Source: Planctomycetota bacterium (lineage in GTDB: Bacteria; Planctomycetota; UBA1135; UBA2386). From it: DNA of 64,000 nucleotides. The stretch covers positions 5,088,001 to 5,152,000 of the forward strand of contig JBKAGP010000001.1 of the NCBI GenBank assembly GCA_046290465.1. Direction: 5' to 3'. Position numbers and translations under genes: made by a program. Each line of letters opens with the position of its first letter. Positions within the stretch are counted from its first letter, which is position 1. The notes beneath the pieces were generated by a model. It did not search any database. It was not told where the DNA came from and was given only the letters and a program-made list of their open reading frames with translations. Shown in pieces: positions 57,010 to 64,000 of the stretch.

Positions 57010-58743
57010 ATGCGTCTCAGCAACATTCTGATCCAGACCCTCCGCGAGGACCCGTCCGACGCGGAGATCCCGAGCCACAAGCTGCTCGCGCGCGCGGGCT
57101 TCATCGTCAAGACCGCCGCCGGCGTCTACACCTACTCGCCGCTGATGTGGCGCGTGGTGAAGAAGTTCGCGCAGATCGTGCGCGAGGAGCTCGATCGCGA
57201 GGGTGCCAACGAGGTGATGCTGCCGATCATCCAGCCGAAGGAGCTGTGGCAGTCGAGTGGCCGCTGGGATCGCTACGTCAGCGACGGGATCATGTTTACG
57301 TTGAAGGACCGCAAGGGCTCCGACATGTGCCTCGGCCCGACGCACGAAGAGGTGATGACCGACTTCGTCAGCTCGCAGGTCAACAGCTACAAGCAGATGC
57401 CGGTCAACTGCTACCAGATCCAGGACAAGTTCCGGGACGAGATCCGGCCGCGCTTCGGGCTGATGCGCGGACGCGAGTTCATCATGATGGACGCGTACTC
57501 GTTCGACGCGGATGCCTCGGGTCTCGACGTCGCCTACCAGAAGATGCGCGACGCCTACTGCCGGATCTTCGAGCGCTGTGGCGTCGACTACACCGTCGTG
57601 CAGGCCGACTCGGGCGCGATCGGCGGCGCGGGCAGCGAGGAGTTCATGGTGATTGCCGACGCCGGTGAGGACGCGATTCTGTTCTGTCGCGAGAGCGGCT
57701 ACGCGGCCAACGTCGAGAAGGCGAGCAGCCGCCTGCCCGACGCGCCCGACGGTGGCGAGGTCGCCGCGCTGGAAAAGCACGAGACCCCGGACGTGAAGAC
57801 GGTGGCGCAGCTCGAAGCGTTCTTCCCGGAGTGGGTCGCGGGCCGCATGGCCAAGACGGTGCTCTACAAGGCGACGTTCGCCGAGGAGGAGAAGATCGTC
57901 GCGGTGATGCAGCGCGGCGATCTCGAGATCAACGAGGTCAAGCTGGTCAACGCGCTCGACGCGCTCAACGTCGAGCTGGCGACCGACGAGGAGATCCGAC
58001 AGGCCACCGGTGCCGACACCGGGTTCGCCGGCCCGGTCAACCTGCCGGAGGAGGTCACGCTGCTGGCCGACAAGTCGCTCAAGGACCGCACCAACCTGCT
58101 GACCGGCTGCAACGAGACGGGCTACCACTGCCTCAACGTCAACCTCGGCCGCGACTCGCGCATGCCGGCGTTCCACGACCTGCGGCTGGCGCGCGCCGGC
58201 GAGGGCGACCCGACGACCGGCGCGCCGCTCGAGCAGGCGCGCGGCATCGAGGTCGGCCACATCTTCAAGCTCGGCACCAAGTACTCGGAGGCGATGGGCG
58301 CGACGTTCATGGCGCAGAACGGCAAGCCGACGCCGTTCGTGATGGGCTGCTACGGCATCGGCGTGTCGCGCACGCCGGCCGCCGCCGTCGAGCAGCACCA
58401 CGACGACAAGGGCATCGTCTGGCCGGTGCCGATCGCGCCGTTCCAGTGCGTGGTCGCGTTCCTCGACAAGAAGCGCAGCGAGCAGATCGAGCTGGCCGAG
58501 AAGCTCTACGGCGAACTGCAGCAGGCGGGCGTCGAGGTCTGCTACGACGACCGGATCCTGTCGCCGGGCGCCAAGTTCAAGGACCACGAGCTGATCGGAT
58601 TGCCGGTGCAGGTGTTCGTCGGTCGCAACGCCGCCGAGGGCAAGGTCGAGCTGCTGATCCGCAAGGGGCTGCACAAGGTCGAGTGCGGTGCCGACGAGGT
58701 GGTCGCGAAGGTGCGGGAAGCGCTCGCCGCCGGGCAGGCCTGA
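57010..58743 (+). CDS. proS: Proline--tRNA ligase (bacterial type with INS editing domain)
   Basis: SHKLLARAGFI, LGPTHEE, KFRDEIRPRFGLMRGREF, RGIEVGHIFKLGTKYS, MGCYGIGVSR. Confidence 0.98.
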   Translation: MRLSNILIQTLREDPSDAEIPSHKLLARAGFIVKTAAGVYTYSPLMWRVVKKFAQIVREELDREGANEVMLPIIQPKELWQSSGRWDRYVSDGIMFTLKDRKGSDMCLGPTHEEVMTDFVSSQVNSYKQMPVNCYQIQDKFRDEIRPRFGLMRGREFIMMDAYSFDADASGLDVAYQKMRDAYCRIFERCGVDYTVVQADSGAIGGAGSEEFMVIADAGEDAILFCRESGYAANVEKASSRLPDAPDGGEVAALEKHETPDVKTVAQLEAFFPEWVAGRMAKTVLYKATFAEEEKIVAVMQRGDLEINEVKLVNALDALNVELATDEEIRQATGADTGFAGPVNLPEEVTLLADKSLKDRTNLLTGCNETGYHCLNVNLGRDSRMPAFHDLRLARAGEGDPTTGAPLEQARGIEVGHIFKLGTKYSEAMGATFMAQNGKPTPFVMGCYGIGVSRTPAAAVEQHHDDKGIVWPVPIAPFQCVVAFLDKKRSEQIELAEKLYGELQQAGVEVCYDDRILSPGAKFKDHELIGLPVQVFVGRNAAEGKVELLIRKGLHKVECGADEVVAKVREALAAGQA

Positions 58744-58974
58744 GCAGCACGTTCGCGCGCACGGTCGCGGTTGCCCTGCAAGCCAGGCGGGCCCCAATTC
58801 GGCAGGCCCTGCATCGACAGGTCCTGTAACGACAGTGGCTTCCGTTGAGCCCGCGGCAACGGGCCGCGATCGGCGCCCGGAATCGCTCCGCGATCGGCAA
58901 CCTGCGCCCTTTGCCGGACTACACCCTGGTGCCCTCTCTGCCACCACGGTCGCCCGCGACCGGAGGAACGATCG

Positions 58975-61116
58975 ATGCTGCACCCATGGGGAACCGCTAC
59001 GGCCCGCGCCACGCTCGCGGGAGGTCTGCTCGCTGTCGGAACGCTCGCCCAGTGTGAGCCCGGCGGATACCCGAACCAACCGACCCCGCCGATCATCGCG
59101 CCGCGGCCGGCATCGACCGGTCCGGGGGGACCGGGCGACGTCGTGCCCGCCTCGCCGCGACCGGCGGGACCGACCACTGGCCGGCCGACCGGCCCGGCTC
59201 CGGCCACCGGTGGCCCGGCGCCCGGCCCGACCGGCGCGGCGCCGCGCGGACCGGCGGCTGCCGGGCCCGTCACCGGCAGCCCCGCAGGGCCCCGCGCCGG
59301 CGCGCCGCGACCGGCGGGTGGCGGCGCGCCGCGCACCGGCCCACGCGGCATGCCGATCGGCGAGGACCTGAGCACCTGGCGCCACTGGTGGGACTTCAAC
59401 CAGGACCGCTTCCTGCCGTTCGAGTCGGGCAAGGTGGCGCAGACCGGCTCCGACGACTTCTACCTGGGCGCGACCCGCACGCGCAGCGCGTCGGCCGCGA
59501 GCGTCGACGCCAACCGGGTGCACGACGAGGTCCTGCCGGCGCTGCGGCGCGCGATCGAAGCGGGGCCGAGCGACGTGACGGCCAACGGCCTGATCGCGCT
59601 GGCGCGCGTCGGCGTCGACCACCGCGACTGGCGCATCACCGACGTGATCGCGGCGCGGCTCGGCGACGGCGACCAGCGGGTGCGCGAGACCGCGGCCTTG
59701 GCGCTCGGCCTGGCCGGGCACACCGACGGCCGCCGCCGCATGCAGTTGATCGCGGTGCTGCGTGACGACGCCGGCGGCCGGGCGCTGGTCGGCCACGCCG
59801 TCAGCGACCGCACCCGTTCGTTCGCTGCCTACGGCCTCGGCCTGCTGGCCAGCCGCACCGACAAGAACGCGACCAAGCGCGCGGTGTTCGAAGCGCTGGC
59901 CGACGTGCTGCTCGACGAGACGGTCGTCGCGCGCGACGTGCGCGTCGCGGCGCTGCAGGCGATCGGCCTGCTCGACATCGATCGCAAGAGCTACCGCGGC
60001 GCCCGCCTGACCCAGGAGGTGCTGGCGACGCTCGAGACGTTCTTTGCCGCGGACCGCGGCGTCGGCGAGCAGCAGGTGCAGGCGCACTGTCCGACCGCGA
60101 TTGCGCGCATGCTCGACCGCGACGATCCGGGCGCCGAACGGCACAAGGAGCGCTTCGCGGCGATCCTCGAGGGCAAGGGTCTCGACGGCCGCAAGACCAG
60201 GCGCCGCGTGCAGCACGCGGTCGCGCAGTCGTGCGCGCTGGCGCTCGGCCAGCTGGTGCGCCCCAACGAGGACGGCGACGCGAGCAAGGACCGCGACGTG
60301 CGCTTCAGCGAGGTGCTGCGCGCGACCTGGAAGTCGCACAAGGACGCCCAGACCCGCAGCTTTGCGGTGCTGGCGCTCGGCCAGATCGGTGGCGCCGACA
60401 ACCGCGAGTTCCTGCTCAAGGCGGTCGACCGCGCGTCGCGCAACCTCGAGCAGCCGTGGTGCGCGCTGGCGCTCGGCCTGTGCGCCGAGCAGCGCCAGCA
60501 GCGGACCGGCGCAGTCGACACGTTCGCCGCCGAGACGCTGATGCGCTGCTTCGACCGCGCCAAGAACCCCGAGGCCGTCGGTGCGTTCGCGATCGCGCTC
60601 GGCCTCGCCGGCTGCGACGCGTCGCGCGGCAAGCTCGCCAAGGCGCTGCCCCGCAACGTCGGCAAGGACGTCGCCCCGGGGGCGATCTGCCAGGCGCTGT
60701 CGATGCTGGACGCGAACGCCTCGCAGGTCGAACTGCGCAAGGCGCTCGACAAGTGCGACCGGCGGCCGGAGCTGTACGAAGAGGCGACGCGCGCGCTCGG
60801 TCGGCTCGGCGACGCCGAGATCGCCGAGGCGCTGCTGCAGCGGCTGGTGCGCGGCGAGGCCAACTACGAGATGCAGCTGGCGCTGGCGACGGCGCTGTCC
60901 GACGTCGGCGGCGCGGCGCAGGTGGCGCCGCTGGTCGAGGTCGTGCGCGACGCGTCGCGCAGCGCGGTCACGCGCGCCGGTGCGGCCCGCGCGCTCGGCG
61001 GCATCGTCGATCGCAAGCCGATCCGCTGGAACACGCTGCTGCGCGAGAACGCCAACTACCGCGCCGCGGTGGCGACGCTGACGGACGGCAACCGCGGCGT
61101 GCTCGACCTGCGCTGA
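58975..61116 (+). CDS. Secreted HEAT-repeat protein with Pro/Gly-rich N-terminal linker
   Basis: Signal-like N-terminus, GP-rich tract, WRHWWDFN, HEAT repeats (QRVRETAALALG, TRSFAAYGLG, TRSFAVLALG). Confidence 0.82.
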   Translation: MLHPWGTATARATLAGGLLAVGTLAQCEPGGYPNQPTPPIIAPRPASTGPGGPGDVVPASPRPAGPTTGRPTGPAPATGGPAPGPTGAAPRGPAAAGPVTGSPAGPRAGAPRPAGGGAPRTGPRGMPIGEDLSTWRHWWDFNQDRFLPFESGKVAQTGSDDFYLGATRTRSASAASVDANRVHDEVLPALRRAIEAGPSDVTANGLIALARVGVDHRDWRITDVIAARLGDGDQRVRETAALALGLAGHTDGRRRMQLIAVLRDDAGGRALVGHAVSDRTRSFAAYGLGLLASRTDKNATKRAVFEALADVLLDETVVARDVRVAALQAIGLLDIDRKSYRGARLTQEVLATLETFFAADRGVGEQQVQAHCPTAIARMLDRDDPGAERHKERFAAILEGKGLDGRKTRRRVQHAVAQSCALALGQLVRPNEDGDASKDRDVRFSEVLRATWKSHKDAQTRSFAVLALGQIGGADNREFLLKAVDRASRNLEQPWCALALGLCAEQRQQRTGAVDTFAAETLMRCFDRAKNPEAVGAFAIALGLAGCDASRGKLAKALPRNVGKDVAPGAICQALSMLDANASQVELRKALDKCDRRPELYEEATRALGRLGDAEIAEALLQRLVRGEANYEMQLALATALSDVGGAAQVAPLVEVVRDASRSAVTRAGAARALGGIVDRKPIRWNTLLRENANYRAAVATLTDGNRGVLDLR

Positions 61117-61173
61117 GCAGGTCGCCGCTGTGGCGGGTGGCCGCGCTCCGGATCGCGGCGCCCGTCTCCAGCC

Positions 61174-62061
61174 CTACGAATCCGTTCGCCGGCGGAACAG
61201 CCGCGCGAAGTCCGGTTCGCCGAACGCCCGGACCGTGACCTGCTCGCCGTCGCCGGGGCTCGGGAAGCGCAGCTCGGCGCCGTGCAGCATCGTGCGCCGC
61301 ACGCCGAACGTCGCGCGCGCCTGCTCGTTCCTTGCGGCGTCGCCGTAGCGCGCATCGCCGAGCAGCGGGTGGCCGATCGCGCTCAGGTGGGCGCGGATCT
61401 GGTGGGTACGGCCGGTCTCGAGGTCGACGCGCACGTGCGTGTAGCCGGTGCGTCGCGCCAGCACGGTGACGTGCGACACGCTCGGCTGGCCGTCGTCGGC
61501 GACGACCGTCTTCGGCTGGTCGCCGCGCGGTTCGTCGGTCACGCGCAGCGGCAGGTCGATGGTGCGGCGGTCGTCATCGAGTTCGCCGACGGCGATCGCC
61601 TCGTAGGAGCGCGCGATCCGGCCGTTCTCCATCGCCGCGCCGAGCGCGCGCAGGGCGTCCGGCGTGACCCCGACCAGCAGCAGTCCCGACGCGTCGCGGT
61701 CGAGCCGGTGGGCGAGGCCGCTCTTCGGCAGCGAGTCCTGCAGCGCGTCGGCGACCGACCTGTCGACCAGCGGGCCTTGGTGCACGGCGAGGCCCGGCGG
61801 CTTGTGCAGCACCATGACGTCGTCGTTGGCGTGCACGACCGGGATGCCGAGCCGCAGCGACCAGGTCGCCAGCTGCTCGTCGAACGCGACCACGTCGTCG
61901 GTGCGCACGCGCGTGGTGCCGTCGCGGCGCACGCCGTTGAGCGCGACCGCGCCGATCGCGCACAGCTGCCGCGCCTGCTTCTGCGACAGGCCGCCGAACT
62001 CGCGCACGAGCGCGTCGAGGCGGCGGCCGCCGAGGTCCCGTTCGACGGTGCGTTCGATCAC
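61174..62061 (-). CDS. RluA/RluD-family pseudouridine synthase
   Basis: S4-like N-terminus, HKPPGL, HRLDRDASGL, LETGRTHQIRAHL, GHPLLGD..YG, MLHG. Confidence 0.94.
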   Translation of the reverse strand: MIERTVERDLGGRRLDALVREFGGLSQKQARQLCAIGAVALNGVRRDGTTRVRTDDVVAFDEQLATWSLRLGIPVVHANDDVMVLHKPPGLAVHQGPLVDRSVADALQDSLPKSGLAHRLDRDASGLLLVGVTPDALRALGAAMENGRIARSYEAIAVGELDDDRRTIDLPLRVTDEPRGDQPKTVVADDGQPSVSHVTVLARRTGYTHVRVDLETGRTHQIRAHLSAIGHPLLGDARYGDAARNEQARATFGVRRTMLHGAELRFPSPGDGEQVTVRAFGEPDFARLFRRRTDS

Positions 62062-62065
62062 GCGA

Positions 62066-63223
62066 CTAGACGCGCGTGCCTTCGAGCAGCTCGACGAACC
62101 GCTTGAACAGGTAGAGCGCGTCGTGCGGGCCGGGCGCGGCCTCGGGGTGGTACTGCACCGAGAACACCGGCAGCTCCTTGTGGCGCAGGCCCTCGACCGT
62201 GTCGTCGTTGAGGTTCTTGTGCGTCACCACGACCGAGTCCGGCAGCGAGTCGCCGTCGACCGCGTAGCTGTGGTTCTGCGAGGTGATCTCGACCTTGTCG
62301 GTGGTCAGGTCGATCACCGGCTGGTTGCCGCCGTGGTGGCCGAACTTCATCTTGTAGGTCTTGCCGCCGAACGTCTGCGCCAGGATCTGGTGGCCGAGGC
62401 AGATGCCGAACACCGGCACCGCCTGCACCAGCGTCCTGGCCGCCTCGATGCCGTAGGCGCAGACCTGTGGGTCGCCGGGGCCGTTGCTCAGGAACACGCC
62501 GTCGGGCTTGCGCTCGAGCACCGCCTCGGCCGGGGTGTCGGCCGGCACGACCGTGACGTCGAGGCCGCAGGCGGCGAGCGAGCGCAGGATGTTGCGCTTC
62601 GCGCCGAAGTCGTAGGCGACGATGCTGTGGCGCTTGCCGCCGGTGTGCAGGTGCGGCGGCGGCGCGCTGAACGTCGATTCGTAGCCCTTCTCCCACGCGT
62701 GGATCTCGGACGTCGTGACCTTCAGCACGTGGTCGACGTCGGCGACCTTCGGCGCCGCCTTGACCTTGGCGACGAGGTCGGCCTCGCTGGACGTCATGTC
62801 GCGGGTGATCAGCACGCGCTGCTCGCCGCGGTCGCGCACGCGGCGCGTCAGCATGCGGGTGTCGACGCCCTCGATGCCCGGCACGCCGTGCTGGTTGAGG
62901 TAGTCGTGCAGTTCGGTGCCCGAACGGAAGTTGCTGGCGCGGCTGCAGGCCTCGCGCACGACCAGGCCCGACAGCCACAGCCGGGTCGACTCCTCGTCCT
63001 CGCCCGACACGCCGTAGTTGCCGATGTGCGGCTGCGTCAGCAGCACGGTCTGGCCGCGGTAGGACGGGTCGGTCAGGATCTCCTGGTAGCCCGTCATCGA
63101 CGTGTTGAACACCAGCTCGCCGAAGCGGTCGTCGGCCGAGCCGAAGCCGCGTCCCACGAGCACCGTTCCATCCTCGAGCACGAGTCGGGCGGGCGGACGA
63201 ACGGGGCGGCTTTTGGTGCTCAA
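62066..63223 (-). CDS. carA: Carbamoyl-phosphate synthase small subunit
   Basis: [60 protein letters not shown]. Confidence 0.98.
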   Translation of the reverse strand: MSTKSRPVRPPARLVLEDGTVLVGRGFGSADDRFGELVFNTSMTGYQEILTDPSYRGQTVLLTQPHIGNYGVSGEDEESTRLWLSGLVVREACSRASNFRSGTELHDYLNQHGVPGIEGVDTRMLTRRVRDRGEQRVLITRDMTSSEADLVAKVKAAPKVADVDHVLKVTTSEIHAWEKGYESTFSAPPPHLHTGGKRHSIVAYDFGAKRNILRSLAACGLDVTVVPADTPAEAVLERKPDGVFLSNGPGDPQVCAYGIEAARTLVQAVPVFGICLGHQILAQTFGGKTYKMKFGHHGGNQPVIDLTTDKVEITSQNHSYAVDGDSLPDSVVVTHKNLNDDTVEGLRHKELPVFSVQYHPEAAPGPHDALYLFKRFVELLEGTRV

Positions 63224-63999
63224 GGTCGGGTCTGCTGGGCGGTTTGGCGGTTGATCTGCGAGGCTAGGTAGCCGGCGCCGAAACCGTTGTCAATGTTGAC
63301 GACGCCGATGCCGGACGCGCAGCTGTTGAGCATCGTCAACAGCGCCGACAGGCCTGCGAACGACGCACCGTAGCCGACGCTGGTCGGAACTGCGATCACG
63401 GGTTTGTCCACAAGTCCGGCCACCACGCTGGGGAGAGCGCCCTCCATGCCGGCGACCACGACGACGGCGTTGGCGCGGCGGATCTCGTCGATGCGCGCCA
63501 TCAGCCGGTGGATGCCGGCGACCCCGATGTCGGTGTAGCGGGCGACGCGATTGCCGGCGATTTCGAGGGTTACGGCGGCCTCGTCGGCGACTGGCAGGTC
63601 GGCCGTGCCGGCGCTGACGACGGCGACCTCGCCGTGCCGTTCGAGTTGCTCGGGCGTGACCGTCAGGCAGCGGGCGCGCGGGTGGTGTTCGGCCCGGGGA
63701 ATCGCGGCGCGAACGGCCTCGACGTGGGCCGGCTCGGCGCGGGTCAGCAGCACGCGGTCGGCGCGGGTCAGGATCTCCTGCGCGATCGCCGCGGTGTCGG
63801 CCGGCGTCTTGTTGGGGCAGAACACGACCTCCGGAAAACCGCAGCGCTCGCGCCGATCGTGGTCGACGGTCGCGAAGCCGAGCTCGCCGTCGGCGACACC
63901 GGGCGTCGGGGCGGCGGCGACGCGCAGCGCCGTCAGCGCCTCGTCGATCGAGCGTTCGCCGCTCTGCACGGCCTGCAGCAGGTCGCGCAGCTGTCGTTC
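63220..63999 (-). CDS. larB: Nickel-pincer cofactor biosynthesis protein LarB (5' truncated by window edge)
   Basis: [72 protein letters not shown]. Confidence 0.93.
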   Translation of the reverse strand, partial: ERQLRDLLQAVQSGERSIDEALTALRVAAAPTPGVADGELGFATVDHDRRERCGFPEVVFCPNKTPADTAAIAQEILTRADRVLLTRAEPAHVEAVRAAIPRAEHHPRARCLTVTPEQLERHGEVAVVSAGTADLPVADEAAVTLEIAGNRVARYTDIGVAGIHRLMARIDEIRRANAVVVVAGMEGALPSVVAGLVDKPVIAVPTSVGYGASFAGLSALLTMLNSCASGIGVVNIDNGFGAGYLASQINRQTAQQTRP

Positions 64000-64000
64000 G

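Noticed and set aside
58744..58974. Structured ncRNA or riboswitch in the intergenic region after proS
   Set aside because: Only a short CCGCGATCGGC direct repeat is present. No tRNA, T-box or riboswitch consensus was recognisable by eye.
63404..63412. Replication origin suggested by a DnaA-box-like 9-mer
   Set aside because: It is a single box inside a coding region, with no box cluster or AT-rich unwinding element.

Overview
High-GC (about 70% by eye) bacterial DNA. Gene content suggests a Planctomycetota lineage (sulfatases, HEAT-repeat and FG-GAP exported proteins, a DUF6288-like protein, a MoxR-vWA cluster); this is an inference. Housekeeping genes: ribBA (partial), aat, transaldolase, carB, proS, an RluA-family pseudouridine synthase, carA and larB (partial). 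The rest comprises an ECF sigma/anti-sigma/PilM-like operon, a MoxR-DUF58-vWA (Bat-like) operon, a 2118-aa exported protein, two two-component systems and many secreted proteins. No rRNA, tRNA, CRISPR array or intact mobile element was seen. Main highlights: (1) Two genes appear to be hidden selenoprotein genes that the ORF track splits or truncates at in-frame TGA codons: a TlpA-type redoxin (WUGPC, TGA 25979-25981) and a small protein at the end of the MoxR-vWA cluster with two TGAs spaced as UxxU (18318, 18327). Each is followed by a hairpin with the same C(GGUC)G apical loop at bacterial SECIS distance. (2) Fifteen predicted signal-peptide proteins have Gln right after the likely cleavage site, resembling the Bacteroidetes Q-rule. 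(3) Four otherwise unrelated secreted proteins share a ~120-aa C-terminal domain, a candidate sorting signal. (4) A GTAG-initiated palindromic REP-like element occurs twice. All family calls come from motif recognition by eye, not database searches.
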